Shown: positions 41,297-54,081, counted from the stretch's first letter. The stretch is 64,000 nucleotides of DNA from Geopsychrobacteraceae bacterium (GCA_963676795.2 CAXXTB010000002.1:1920001-1984000), one strand, 5' to 3'. Translations and numbers: made by a program. The notes: generated by a model from the sequence alone, not told the origin.

Positions 41297-42175
41297 TCAG
41301 AAATCAAGCCCTGAACCACGTTTCTCCAGAGCCTGGCGAATCTCTTCGACACAGGAATAGGGAACCGGGTTACCGTGAGCGCCACGACCGATCTCAATGG
41401 TGGCATCGGGATCGCCGTGAAAATCTGAGCCGCCGGTGACAATCAGCGCATTGCCCCTGGCAAAGTTGATCAGCCAGTTGATCCCTTCAATGCCGACGCC
41501 GTTGTTATAGGCCTCGATACCGTCGAGGCCCAGCCCCTTGAGTTCAAGCATAACCGCTCGCAACTGACTGCGGTTACGACACAGGTAGGGTGGATGAGCG
41601 AGGACAACGATACCGCCGATGCGATGAATCAGGTCAATCGCCCTATCGGCCGGGAAATAGCGTTTCGGGACATCGCAGGGAATCAGGTAGCGATCAAAGG
41701 CGTCATCGTTGCTTGTTACATAACCGGCGGCCCGCAAGGCCCTGGCGATATGAGGCCTGCCGATCGTGCCATCAGCCAAAGCGTAAATCTTTTCGATATC
41801 AAGAGGAGCGCGCTGTTCGTCTTTCAGTTTCAGGTTGATCCGCTCAACAATCTGAGCCGAACGATTTTCACGAAAATCCTGAAAAGCCTTAAGCTCTGCC
41901 TGCAATTCGTCAGAGCTATAATCGAAACCATAGCCGAGCAGATGCATGTCGGAATGTTCGCGCCATTGGGTCGACAACTCAACGGCAGGAATGATATCGA
42001 TACCAAAGCCCTTTGCCGTCTGACGGGCCGGAACGATAGCATCGATATTGTCGTGATCAGCCAGGGCGATCACCCCCAACTCAAGGCCGGCCACAGCGGC
42101 GACGACCTCTTCAGGACGCAAAAAACCGTCCGAGCAGGTCGAGTGGATATGAAGGTCGACGTATTCAGTTTGCAT
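41297..42175 (-). CDS. PHP-domain metal-dependent phosphoesterase
   Basis: DLHIHSTCSDG, ADHD, HLLGY, GRPHIA, LAHP, TGGSDFHG. Confidence 0.92.
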   Translation of the reverse strand: MQTEYVDLHIHSTCSDGFLRPEEVVAAVAGLELGVIALADHDNIDAIVPARQTAKGFGIDIIPAVELSTQWREHSDMHLLGYGFDYSSDELQAELKAFQDFRENRSAQIVERINLKLKDEQRAPLDIEKIYALADGTIGRPHIARALRAAGYVTSNDDAFDRYLIPCDVPKRYFPADRAIDLIHRIGGIVVLAHPPYLCRNRSQLRAVMLELKGLGLDGIEAYNNGVGIEGINWLINFARGNALIVTGGSDFHGDPDATIEIGRGAHGNPVPYSCVEEIRQALEKRGSGLDF

Positions 42176-42391
42176 GGTATGATGCTTTCATCAAAAATAT
42201 CAGGTTGGCTGAACTAAAGATACCGGCATCGCACATTAGCCCGGGTCTTATAACACCAGCAGCTATACATTATTGTCAGGTTCAAAGTATATTGCCAGCC
42301 TGCCGGTCATTTTCTGACAGACGCGAGCGACTTGACGCCGACAAAACCTGAGTGTACACAAAGAAAAACGACTTCCTCAACGGAATAATTC

Positions 42392-43348
42392 ATGAGTAGA
42401 CGCTTAACTGTTACCGACCTGAAAAGTTACTTCCATACCCGCAGTGGCGTTCTCAAGGCGATTGACGGGGTGAGCTTTGCGATCAACCGGGGAGAAACCC
42501 TTGCTCTGGTTGGCGAATCAGGCTGTGGCAAATCGATGACGGCCCTCTCCCTGCTGAGGCTCCTGCCGGAGCCGGGCAGGATCGCCTCCGGCAGTATCGA
42601 ACTGGATGGCCAGAACCTGCTGCAACTTCCCGAAAAAGAGATGCGCAGAATCCGCGGCAATGCCATATCGATGATCTTCCAGGAACCAATGACCTCTCTC
42701 AATCCGGTCCTGCGCATCGGTGAACAGATCGCCGAAGTCCTGCGTCTGCACCGCGGCGCAACGAAAAGCGAGGCCCTGACCCAGGCCGCGGAGCTGCTGA
42801 ACAAAGTTGGCATTGGCGACGCGGCAAGGCGCCTGCGCGAATATCCTCATCAGCTTTCCGGTGGCCAGCGCCAGCGGGTGATGATCGCCATGGCACTGGC
42901 CTGCAAACCCAAACTGCTGATTGCCGATGAGCCAACCACCGCCCTCGACGTCACCATCCAGGCGCAGATCATGGACCTGCTGCGCCAGATGCAGCAGGAA
43001 TTTCAGACGACAATGTTGCTGATCAGCCACGATCTGGGGATTGTTGCCGGCAACGCCGACAGGATCGCCGTCATGTACGCCGGAAAAATCGTTGAATACG
43101 GGCCGGTCAAAGAGGTTTTCAGCAACCCCGTGCACCCCTACACCAGGGGACTGCTCAACTGCGTACCACGACTCGGCCAGAAACAGGACCTGCCGACCAT
43201 CCCGGGCAGCCTGCCGAACCTCGAAGAAAAACATGACGGCTGTTTGTTTCTGGCCCGGTGCCCGCACCCCTGCCCCGAGTGTCCGACACAGTGCCCGGCG
43301 ATGGAGTTTATCGATAACGACCACCAGGTCAGATGCTGGAGGAAATAA
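42392..43348 (+). CDS. oppD: Oligopeptide/dipeptide ABC transporter ATPase (OppD/DppD)
   Basis: [40 protein letters not shown], Cys-rich tail. Confidence 0.9.
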   Translation: MSRRLTVTDLKSYFHTRSGVLKAIDGVSFAINRGETLALVGESGCGKSMTALSLLRLLPEPGRIASGSIELDGQNLLQLPEKEMRRIRGNAISMIFQEPMTSLNPVLRIGEQIAEVLRLHRGATKSEALTQAAELLNKVGIGDAARRLREYPHQLSGGQRQRVMIAMALACKPKLLIADEPTTALDVTIQAQIMDLLRQMQQEFQTTMLLISHDLGIVAGNADRIAVMYAGKIVEYGPVKEVFSNPVHPYTRGLLNCVPRLGQKQDLPTIPGSLPNLEEKHDGCLFLARCPHPCPECPTQCPAMEFIDNDHQVRCWRK

Positions 43349-43350
43349 GC

Positions 43351-44331
43351 GTGTCGCTGCTTGAGATCAAAAACCTTAAAAAATCCTTCTCAGTCACTAC
43401 CCGAGAGAAAGGCAGGAAAGACCTGCTGGTCGCCGTCAACAATGTTTCCTTCAGTCTCAACCAGGGGGAGACGCTGGGCATCGTCGGTGAATCCGGTTGC
43501 GGCAAGTCAACAACCGGAAAACTGATCATGCAGCTCATCGAAGCCGACCAGGGAGAGGTCCTGTTAGAGGGGACCGATCTCTGCAAGCTTAGCCGCAGAG
43601 CGCTGCGCCCCTATCGCCGCCAGGTGCAGATGATCTTCCAGGACCCTTACTCATCCCTGAATCCGCGCATGAAGGTCGCCGACATCCTTGCCGAACCGCT
43701 ACAGATTCACGGACTTGCCACGGGTCCGCAATTACGCCAGCGCTGTCTGGAACTGCTGCAGCAGGTCGGACTCAACGAAGAGGCGCTGGATCGTTACCCG
43801 CATGAATTTTCCGGTGGCCAGCGGCAACGGATCGGCATTGCCCGGGCGATCGCCGTCGAACCGAAACTGATCATTGCCGATGAGCCAGTCTCCGCCCTCG
43901 ACCTGTCGGTCCAGGCCCAGATCCTCAACCTGCTCAAAGAGATCCAGCGCAGATACAGTCTCAGCTACCTGTTCATCGCTCACGATCTGGCAGTTATTGA
44001 ACACATCAGCGACCGGATCGCCGTCATGTACCTCGGTGAGATCGTTGAACTGACCAGCGCTGATGAACTGTATCGCAACCCGCGCCATCCATACACCGAA
44101 GCGCTGCTCAATGCCGTTCCGACGCCGGATCCCGCTGCGCCGCGCCCGGTCGCCCTAAGCGGAGAGATCCCGTCACCGGTCGATCCGCCGGCGGGCTGCC
44201 CCTTTCACCCGCGTTGCCCATATGCCGATCACCGCTGCCAGAGCGACAAGCCGATACTGCGGGAGATTGAGCCGCAGCATCTGGTGGCCTGCCATCATGA
44301 CCAGCAGGTTGGCCAGCAAGGGTGCCCTTGA
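43351..44331 (+). CDS. oppF: Oligopeptide/dipeptide ABC transporter ATPase (OppF/DppF)
   Basis: [41 protein letters not shown] start after GGAGG. Confidence 0.9.
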   Translation: MSLLEIKNLKKSFSVTTREKGRKDLLVAVNNVSFSLNQGETLGIVGESGCGKSTTGKLIMQLIEADQGEVLLEGTDLCKLSRRALRPYRRQVQMIFQDPYSSLNPRMKVADILAEPLQIHGLATGPQLRQRCLELLQQVGLNEEALDRYPHEFSGGQRQRIGIARAIAVEPKLIIADEPVSALDLSVQAQILNLLKEIQRRYSLSYLFIAHDLAVIEHISDRIAVMYLGEIVELTSADELYRNPRHPYTEALLNAVPTPDPAAPRPVALSGEIPSPVDPPAGCPFHPRCPYADHRCQSDKPILREIEPQHLVACHHDQQVGQQGCP

Positions 44332-44338
44332 GAACCAC

Positions 44339-44367
44339 TTGACACACTGTGCCACCAGTGGCACAAT
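44339..44367 (+). promoter_or_regulatory. Sigma70 promoter of the FeS-bEBP gene with overlapping palindromic operator
   Basis: TTGACA(44339)-17-CACAAT; palindrome TGTGCCAC-ca-GTGGCACA at 44348-44365 covers spacer and -10. Confidence 0.75.
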
Positions 44368-44399
44368 CCCCGCCCATACCTAACACACAGGGGAAATGC

Positions 44400-46682
<2,283 letters not shown>

Positions 46683-46683
46683 G

Positions 46684-46732
46684 CGTGCCATGCCCTGCAC
46701 ATCTCGGTCGCAAATGTGCCACCACTGGCACA
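46684..46732. promoter_or_regulatory. Tandem upstream activator sequences (enhancer)
   Basis: cGTGCCAtgccctGCACA (46684-46701) and TGTGCCAccacTGGCACA (46715-46732), 31 bp apart, matching the 44348 palindrome. Confidence 0.75.
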
Positions 46733-46862
46733 CGTGCGACCGGCCCAGCAATATTCATTCGACCTCGCAGCAGACCAAGGAAAAAGAAAAAGTCCCGCCC
46801 CTACAGAAGATTAGACACAGAAATAGCGACATTTCCCTGGCGCGCGACCGAAATCCTGAAAC

Positions 46863-46878
46863 TGGCACAGTTTCTGCT
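46863..46878 (+). promoter_or_regulatory. Sigma54 (-24/-12) promoter
   Basis: TGGCACagtttcTGCT; GG at 46864-65 and GC at 46876-77 (canonical spacing). Confidence 0.8.
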
Positions 46879-46888
46879 CATATCAACG

Positions 46889-46984
46889 CCACATGTACGG
46901 GGTAAGACCGTTCCCGCCCGAACGGTTTTCAGTAGATCCCATTTAGCCGCCAAGGAACCTCTCTCCCCTTGGCGGTATTTTTTT
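46889..46984 (+). ncRNA. Predicted sigma54-dependent small RNA (~96 nt)
   Basis: Starts ~12 nt after the -12 GC; hairpin 46904-46929 (loop CCGCCC); terminator hairpin 46946-46976 (loop AACCUCUCUCC) + 7 U. Confidence 0.65.
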
Positions 46985-47067
46985 GCCCTTTTTAATTCAC
47001 TTATGATTGACAGTTAAGATATAATAATAACTCATCTTGAACCTATTTCTGTGATTCTTGTCTGCCA

Positions 47068-49410
47068 ATGAAATCGACCCAATCAAAAAAATCCGATCGC
47101 CACCTAGGCCTGAGCACCCTGCAGGACATCAGCGCGATCATTCTCAAGTCCCACGACCTCAACGAGACAATCACCAATATTGTTGATCTCGTCGCCCAGA
47201 GGGCGAAATCGGACGTCTGCTCGCTTTATCTGCTCGACAACGACAACCTGACCCTCACCCTGCGGGCGACCAAGGGTCTTGATAAAGCGGCGATTGGAAA
47301 AGTCAGCCTGAAAATCGGCGAAGGTCTTACCGGTACCGTCGCAGCCGACAAACAGGTTCTGGCCCTCCAGGAACCGCAGAACCATCCGGCCTACCGCTAT
47401 TTCTCGGAGACCGGCGAAGAAAAGTTCCATACCTTTGTCGGCATTCCGCTCCTCGACAGGAATCACGCCATCGGTGTTCTGGTTATCCAGACCAGGATTG
47501 CACACGATTTTACCGAGGAAGAACTGGCCACCCTGTCGACCATTGCCTTTCAGGTCGCCTCGATCGTCGTCAACGCACGCCTGCTCGATGCCATCGACCA
47601 GTTCCAGCTGCCCATGCCGGAGCCGGCCGAACCGCAGCAAGAATCCGCTGATACCGATTCAGATACGCAACCTCAGACAATCCGCGGCAAATCGGCCTAT
47701 CCCGGCGTCGCCATCGGCCCGGCCAATGTCATCGATCAGAAATACGGCTTTGCCGATATTCTTGAAGAATGCAACGTTGATCCCGAGCACGAAAGCCGGC
47801 TGCTCGACAAGGCCCTGCGCCAGACCCGGATTCAGACCCTGTATCTCGAAAAACGCGTCGCCGAAAAGCTCACCCAGGAAGATGCGGCCATCTTCCATAC
47901 CCACCTGATGATCCTTGAAGATCGCGGCTTTATCGATCGCCTGCACAGCAAAATCGATGCAGGTCACAGCGCACCATACGCCCTGAAAAAGGTCATCGGC
48001 GACTACATCGACGCTTTCGGCCAGATGGAAGACGCCTACCTGCGCGAGCGCGCCGCCGACATGGAAGATATCGGCCGACGCCTGCTCGCCAACCTGACCG
48101 GCAAAGCGACCGACGGTTTGCACCTCAACCATCCCGGCATCCTGGTTGCCAAACGCCTGCTTCCTTCCGACATGGCCATCCTTGACCACGAAAAGATCCA
48201 GGGGATGGTTCTCGAATCGAATGAAGCCAATGCCCATTCGGTCATCATGGCCAAGGCGCTGGGCATTCCTGCGGTTATCGGCGTTAAGGGCGCTGTCTCA
48301 CTGATACAGCCCGATGTCACAGTCATCCTCGATGCCAACACCGGAAGCATTTACCAGAATCCCCACCCGACCGTCATCGAAGAATATCAGCGCCTCGAAC
48401 AGGACCGCCAGCAGGAACAGGAACGTCTCAGCTGCCTGCGTGACCTTCCCGCCGAGACCAGCGACAGGGTAAAAATCAACCTGCGGGCCAACATCGGCCT
48501 GGTCAGCGATGTCAGCGTAGCCCAGCAGAACGGCGCCGAAGGGGTGGGGCTGTACCGCACCGAATTCCCCTATATGACGAGGAAATCTTTTCCGGATCGC
48601 CAGGACCAGTACCTGCTCTACAAACGCATCATTCAGGAATTTGACGGTCTGCCGGTCACTATCCGCACCCTGGACATCGGCGGAGACAAGGTTCTGCCCT
48701 ACTTTGCCATGCCGAACGAGGACAACCCGTTCATGGGTTGGCGCTCCGTCCGGATCAGCCTTGAAAACAGACAGATCTTCCAGACCCAGATCGAAGCCAT
48801 CCTCATGGCTGCGCTCCATGGACCGGTCAAACTGCTCTTTCCGATGATTTCGAACATGGAAGAGATCCGCGCCTGCAAGCAAATCGTCACGGCCGCCAAG
48901 CAATCGTTGCGCGACGAAGGCATTCCCTTCTCCGACAAGGTTCCACTCGGAGCGATGATCGAAGTGCCGGCAGCGGTACGTATCGCCCGCCATCTGGCCA
49001 AAGAGGTTGACTTCTTTGCCCTCGGCACCAACGACCTGATCCAGTACCTGCTGGCAGCGGACCGCTCGAATTCCAAGGTCGAAAAATACTACGATCCCCT
49101 GCATCCGGCCGTCATGCTCTCGCTCCACGGCATAGCCGAAGCAGCCCGCGAGCAGAATATCAGCGTCTGCGTCTGCGGCGAGATGGCGACCGACCCGATC
49201 TGCCTGTTCGCCATGATCGGTTTGGGAATTCACGAATTTTCGCTTTCGGCCCCCTATATCCCGCAACTCAAGCACCTGATCAGGCGCATCAACTCGGAGC
49301 AGGCCCAGGCTGTCGCCAGTCAGGCTCTCGACAAGGCAGACAGCCATGAGATTCGCTCTCTGCTTGAAGCTGCCGTCGCAGGCCTGCCGGAATCACCGCT
49401 CCCCTGCTGA
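47068..49410 (+). CDS. ptsP: GAF-domain PEP-protein phosphotransferase (enzyme I-Ntr)
   Basis: N-terminal GAF, AHSVIMAKALGIP phospho-His, GVGLYRTEF, RTLDIGGDK, GTNDLIQY, CGEMA. Confidence 0.95.
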   Translation: MKSTQSKKSDRHLGLSTLQDISAIILKSHDLNETITNIVDLVAQRAKSDVCSLYLLDNDNLTLTLRATKGLDKAAIGKVSLKIGEGLTGTVAADKQVLALQEPQNHPAYRYFSETGEEKFHTFVGIPLLDRNHAIGVLVIQTRIAHDFTEEELATLSTIAFQVASIVVNARLLDAIDQFQLPMPEPAEPQQESADTDSDTQPQTIRGKSAYPGVAIGPANVIDQKYGFADILEECNVDPEHESRLLDKALRQTRIQTLYLEKRVAEKLTQEDAAIFHTHLMILEDRGFIDRLHSKIDAGHSAPYALKKVIGDYIDAFGQMEDAYLRERAADMEDIGRRLLANLTGKATDGLHLNHPGILVAKRLLPSDMAILDHEKIQGMVLESNEANAHSVIMAKALGIPAVIGVKGAVSLIQPDVTVILDANTGSIYQNPHPTVIEEYQRLEQDRQQEQERLSCLRDLPAETSDRVKINLRANIGLVSDVSVAQQNGAEGVGLYRTEFPYMTRKSFPDRQDQYLLYKRIIQEFDGLPVTIRTLDIGGDKVLPYFAMPNEDNPFMGWRSVRISLENRQIFQTQIEAILMAALHGPVKLLFPMISNMEEIRACKQIVTAAKQSLRDEGIPFSDKVPLGAMIEVPAAVRIARHLAKEVDFFALGTNDLIQYLLAADRSNSKVEKYYDPLHPAVMLSLHGIAEAAREQNISVCVCGEMATDPICLFAMIGLGIHEFSLSAPYIPQLKHLIRRINSEQAQAVASQALDKADSHEIRSLLEAAVAGLPESPLPC

Positions 49411-49486
49411 CCTTTTCTCCTGATCGCACCCGCAGCCTCACCAGCACAACCCGAGAGCATGCCCTCAAGCCGCATGCTGACGCAAT

Positions 49487-49521
49487 AAAAAGGCCGAAGC
49501 GATTTCTCGCTTCGGCCTTTT
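49487..49521. terminator. Bidirectional terminator between ptsP and pyc
   Basis: AAAAGGCCGAAGCGA...TCGCTTCGGCCTTTT. Confidence 0.88.
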
Positions 49522-49549
49522 GTTTCTGCAGCTATCGACCCGGGTACGG

Positions 49550-52500
49550 TCAATCCATGATTACCAGAAGATCCCCCTGGTCGACCTGATCCCCTTCACC
49601 GAAAAGCAGTTCCGTAACCACGCCATTCTTTTTCGCCCTGATGTTGGTTTCCATCTTCATTGCTTCGGTGACCAGCAGTACGTCTCCGGCTGAGACCGCA
49701 TCACCGGCCTTGACGATGACCTTGAAGATCTTGCCCGGCATCGGAGCACCAACCTCATGGCCATTGTCAGGGTCTGCCTTACGGTTACTGACGATCTCGG
49801 TTTCAACGGAACGATCGCGGACGGTGGTACTGCGCGGCTCACCGTTCAACTCAAAATAGATAAACCTGGTACCATCTTCACGGACCCGCCCGATCGCATT
49901 CAATTTGACGACCAGGGTTTTACCCGGCTGAATCTCGATATTGACCTCATCGCCGATATCCAGTCCGTAAAAGAACAGCGGGGTCGGCAGCAGCGAGATA
50001 TCACCGTATTCCTGACGGAAACGGTCAAATTCCTCATAAACACCCGGATAGAGAACGGCAGACAGAACCTCGCGCTCCGGCAGTTCATGCCCCAGCTTCT
50101 TCTCCAGTTCATCTTTTCTGGCGACGAAATCGATCGGCTCGAGCAACTCACCAGGACGGCAAGTCAGCGGCTTTTCCCCCTTGAGAATAATCTTCTGCAG
50201 CTCATATGGGAAACCGCCATACGGCTGGCCGATCATCCCCTTGAAGAAATCGACGACACTCTGAGGAAAGGTCAGGTCCTGCCCTCTGCGATAGACATCT
50301 TCCGGCTGCAGATTGTTCTGCACCATGTACAGCGCCATATCACCAACGATCTTGGAAGACGGCGTAACCTTGACCAGGTCGCCGAACATGTCGTTGACCT
50401 TGCGGTACATCTTCTTGCACTCTTCCCAGCGATGGCCAAGACCGAAGCCTTCGACCTGTGGCTTGTAGTTGGAATACTGGCCACCCGGAATCTCATGCTC
50501 ATAGACCTGGGCCGTACCACTGCGCAGCTCGGATTCGAACGGCGCATAATAGGTCCGGCAGGTTTCCCAGTAGTTGGCCAGCTGTTGCAGACCGTCGCGA
50601 TCCAGCTTCGGATCCCACATGGTTCCTTCCAGAGCAGAAAGCAGCGCGTTCATATTCGGCTGGGCGGTCAGACCGGAAACCGACGAGAGCGAGGCGTCAA
50701 CGATGTCACATCCGGCCTGGGTCGCCTGCAGCAGCATCGACCCTGCGTTACTGGAGGTGTCGTGGGTATGCAGATGGATCGGCAGACCAACCTCATTCTT
50801 CAGAGCCTTGACCAGCTTTTCTGCAGCAAACGGCTTGATCAGGCCAGCCATATCCTTGATCGCCAAGATATGCGCGCCCATCTTCTCAAGCTCCTTGGCC
50901 ATGTTGACATAGTAGCTCAGCGGATACTTGTCACGCTTCGGATCGAGAATGTCACCTGTGTAACAGATCGCCGCTTCACAGAGAGCGTTATTCTTACGTA
51001 CCGCCTCCATGGCAACCTGCATCCCCTTGGTCCAGTTCAGCGAATCGAAAACGCGGAAGATATCGATCCCCCCCTGGGCGGCTTTGGCAACAAATTCCTG
51101 GACGACATTGTCAGGATAGTTGGTGTAACCGACGGCATTGGAGCCGCGCAGCAGCATCTGAAAGAGGATATTCGGAATCTTCTCACGCAGCCGGTCAAGA
51201 CGCTCCCATGGATCCTCATGGAGGAAGCGCATGGCAACGTCAAAGGTTGCACCGCCCCACATCTCGAGCGAGAACAGTCCACCGCCAAGATGCGCGGTTG
51301 CCTCAGCAATGCGCTCCAGATCAAAGGTCCGGAAACGGGTCGCAACCAGAGACTGGTGGGCATCACGCATAGTCGTGTCGGAGATCAGCAGGTGCTTCTG
51401 ATCGCGGGCCCACTGGGCCAGCCCCTCGGGACCTTTTTCGCGCAGAATGTCGCGGGTTCCGCGCGGGTGAGGCTTGCCGTAAGGGATAGATGGGATTTCA
51501 GGCTCGCGCAGACCGGAAAAATGCAGAGCCTTGGCCGGCGCAATGCCACTGAAGCCATTGACCGTCACATCTCCGATGTAGTTGAGAATTTTATTGGCAC
51601 GGTCCTTCTTGACTGCCATTTCGAACAATTCCGGATGCTGATCAATAAACGAGGTATCGCACTTCCCTTCGAGAAAGGTCGGATGAGTAACAACATTCTC
51701 GAGAAATCCGATATTGGTCTTGACGCCGCGGATCCGGAATTCCTGCAGGGCGCGGTGCATAATCTGCGCAGCATCATGGAAGGTCAGCGACCAGGTTGAT
51801 GTCTTAACCAGCAGGGAATCGTAGTGAGGCGTGATGACAGCTCCAGAATAACCGGCAGCAGCATCAAGGCGCACGCCGAAACCGGCCGGCGAACGATAGG
51901 CCTTGATCGTTCCGAAGTCAGGGGAAAAGCTGTTCGTCGGATCCTCTGTTGTGATCCGGCACTGGATCGCATAACCGCGCAACTCGATATCCTCCTGCCC
52001 CTTGATACCGATCTGGGGATCTGAAAGCTTGTAGCCTTCAGCAACCCGGATCTGGGCAGACACCAGATTGCGCATGGTGACCAGTTCGGTAACTGTATGC
52101 TCAACCTGAATACGCGGATTGACCTCGATAAAGTAGAAGTTCCCGTCCTTGTCCATCAGGAATTCAACGGTTCCCGCATTGATATAACCAACCTCACGGC
52201 CGATTCTCAGTGCGTAATCGCAGAGCTCCTGACGTTTTTCTTCCGTCAGGTACAGAGAAGGAGCGATTTCGATGACCTTCTGATGGCGGCGCTGGATCGA
52301 ACAGTCCCGTTCGTAGAAATGAACCAGGTTGCCATGCTTGTCACCGAAAATCTGAACCTCGACATGCTTTGGCTTTTCAATATATTTTTCCAGAAAGACG
52401 GTCGCATCACCAAAGGCAGCCTTCGCTTCAGAGGCGGCGCTCTTCAGCCCTTCGAGCAACTCCTTCTGGTTGTTGACGACGCGCATGCCGCGGCCGCCAC

Positions 52501-53002
52501 CGCCAGCACTCGCCTTGACGATAATCGGGTAACCGCAGGACTTGGCAAACTTGAGCGCCTCCTCCTCGCTTCTGATCGGATTTTCGGTGCCGGGAACAAT
52601 CGGCACACCGGCAGCCAGGGCAACCTGACGACCAGAGACCTTGTCGCCGAGGCGGCGTTGAATCTCGGGGGTTGGACCGATAAAAATGATGCCGGCTCTT
52701 TCGCAGGCTTCCGCGAAATCGGCGTTTTCAGACAAGAAACCGTAGCCGGGATGAATCGCGTCGACATCCTTCTTACGGGCAAGATCAATGATTTCATCGA
52801 TTGACAGGTAGGCCTCGATCGGCCCCTTGCCCTTACCGATCTGATAGGCTTCATCAGCCTTGTAGCGATGCAACGACAGGCGATCCTGCTCGGCGTAAAT
52901 TGCGACCGTTGAAATGCCCAGTTCGGCACAGGCGCGGAAAATCCGAATCGCGATCTCGCTGCGATTCGCAACCATAATCTTTTTAATCTGTTTTACTGCC
53001 AT
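49550..53002 (-). CDS. pyc: Pyruvate carboxylase (single polypeptide)
   Basis: ANRSEIA, GGGGRGMR, DCSIQRRHQK, RDAHQSL, WGGATFDV, HEIPGGQ, EAMKME biotin site. Confidence 0.97.
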   Translation of the reverse strand: MAVKQIKKIMVANRSEIAIRIFRACAELGISTVAIYAEQDRLSLHRYKADEAYQIGKGKGPIEAYLSIDEIIDLARKKDVDAIHPGYGFLSENADFAEACERAGIIFIGPTPEIQRRLGDKVSGRQVALAAGVPIVPGTENPIRSEEEALKFAKSCGYPIIVKASAGGGGRGMRVVNNQKELLEGLKSAASEAKAAFGDATVFLEKYIEKPKHVEVQIFGDKHGNLVHFYERDCSIQRRHQKVIEIAPSLYLTEEKRQELCDYALRIGREVGYINAGTVEFLMDKDGNFYFIEVNPRIQVEHTVTELVTMRNLVSAQIRVAEGYKLSDPQIGIKGQEDIELRGYAIQCRITTEDPTNSFSPDFGTIKAYRSPAGFGVRLDAAAGYSGAVITPHYDSLLVKTSTWSLTFHDAAQIMHRALQEFRIRGVKTNIGFLENVVTHPTFLEGKCDTSFIDQHPELFEMAVKKDRANKILNYIGDVTVNGFSGIAPAKALHFSGLREPEIPSIPYGKPHPRGTRDILREKGPEGLAQWARDQKHLLISDTTMRDAHQSLVATRFRTFDLERIAEATAHLGGGLFSLEMWGGATFDVAMRFLHEDPWERLDRLREKIPNILFQMLLRGSNAVGYTNYPDNVVQEFVAKAAQGGIDIFRVFDSLNWTKGMQVAMEAVRKNNALCEAAICYTGDILDPKRDKYPLSYYVNMAKELEKMGAHILAIKDMAGLIKPFAAEKLVKALKNEVGLPIHLHTHDTSSNAGSMLLQATQAGCDIVDASLSSVSGLTAQPNMNALLSALEGTMWDPKLDRDGLQQLANYWETCRTYYAPFESELRSGTAQVYEHEIPGGQYSNYKPQVEGFGLGHRWEECKKMYRKVNDMFGDLVKVTPSSKIVGDMALYMVQNNLQPEDVYRRGQDLTFPQSVVDFFKGMIGQPYGGFPYELQKIILKGEKPLTCRPGELLEPIDFVARKDELEKKLGHELPEREVLSAVLYPGVYEEFDRFRQEYGDISLLPTPLFFYGLDIGDEVNIEIQPGKTLVVKLNAIGRVREDGTRFIYFELNGEPRSTTVRDRSVETEIVSNRKADPDNGHEVGAPMPGKIFKVIVKAGDAVSAGDVLLVTEAMKMETNIRAKKNGVVTELLFGEGDQVDQGDLLVIMD

Positions 53003-53282
53003 AAAAAAACCCTCTCAAAAACCTGCTAAACACTAAAGCTATCTGTAGCCAGGGTTGGTCTTTCCTGCCCTAGCTACACTCGGAGTTCTCCTAAAATATC
53101 AGTTGCTTACAATTGCATAAAAAAAGGAATAAAAACAATAAAACAGCATTTTTGTCAAGCTAGAATGTTGTTTTATTTCGTGCACAGTACGGGGTTTTTG
53201 TGAGTTTTTCAGCACATTAGACAAGAATATAAAGAATATCAAGAGTCTAAAACAGATAAGAGAAAAAACAATGGGGAAAGAT

Positions 53283-53942
53283 TCAGGCAAAAATATCGAG
53301 ACTGGTCATCCCGCCGCCCGCAATGGGGTCATTCCCAACGTCTTGAACAACGGCGGAACCCTGCTCCGCAACCGCTCCATCTGAGGTCGTGACCGAATTC
53401 AGCTCGACAGAAGCATCACTGGCTATTGTCTGGCGAGCCTCGCTGGCCATCGCCAGAGCACGCGAAGCGACACGCATATCCTGTGCACTCGGCTGAACGG
53501 GTGCCAGGGCAGCAGCCCTGACCTGACTGGCCTTCTGCAGGGTCGCCTCCGGATCTCCGGGGATTGATGAGATATCGATACTGACCTCGCCACCCGTGGC
53601 ATAACTGCGTCCGTCCGGGCCACGCGAGAAGGAATAGGATGGAGATCCCGCATAACTGCCACCGGCCGCCGCATGGGCAGCCTCGTGGGCACGCACCTCC
53701 TTGTCACGCGCCTGCAACTGACGAATCTCCTCAGCCTCGCGTGACAACTCAAAACTGTCACGTGGACTGCCATCTGGTTTTGTCAGTTTCTGACCAGGCT
53801 CGGTCCTAACATTCGGATCAGCCTTTTCCTGAACAGATGCAGAGGAGGTCGTAGAAGAATTTTCGGAAGTCGCAGAATCTGCATTTGCAGGAAGAGAGGA
53901 CAACAAACCGGCTGTGTATGTATCAGTACTTGAAATGATCAT
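53283..53942 (-). CDS. SprA-related family protein
   Basis: LQARDKEVRAHEAAH...GPDGRSYATGGEVSID...AALAPVQPSAQDMRVA. Confidence 0.85.
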   Translation of the reverse strand: MIISSTDTYTAGLLSSLPANADSATSENSSTTSSASVQEKADPNVRTEPGQKLTKPDGSPRDSFELSREAEEIRQLQARDKEVRAHEAAHAAAGGSYAGSPSYSFSRGPDGRSYATGGEVSIDISSIPGDPEATLQKASQVRAAALAPVQPSAQDMRVASRALAMASEARQTIASDASVELNSVTTSDGAVAEQGSAVVQDVGNDPIAGGGMTSLDIFA

Positions 53943-54081
53943 AACTCACCACCTGTCTGGCGATTCTACTCAAACTGCAGATTAATTACAACAAATATAT
54001 CTGTCCACAGCAGACCAAATACGGCTTGCCTACGCAGTTGGAGCATGATAACGTCAATCAAATGACGCCAAGGAGGCCTCC

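Noticed and set aside
44359..44373. Second sigma54 promoter (TGGCAC...CCGC) before the FeS-bEBP gene
   Set aside because: The -12 box is poor, TGGCAC is explained by the operator half-site, and a good sigma70 promoter overlaps
46685..47017. 110-aa and 71-aa ORFs downstream of the bEBP
   Set aside because: No RBS or motifs; they run across the enhancer, promoter and terminator elements
49757..51799. Long antisense ORFs (680 aa opposite pyc; also 2633-4195 opposite gcvPB, 55709-57280 opposite typA, 33048-34163 opposite ompA)
   Set aside because: They shadow well-recognised genes, show no motifs, and are expected from GC-rich codon bias
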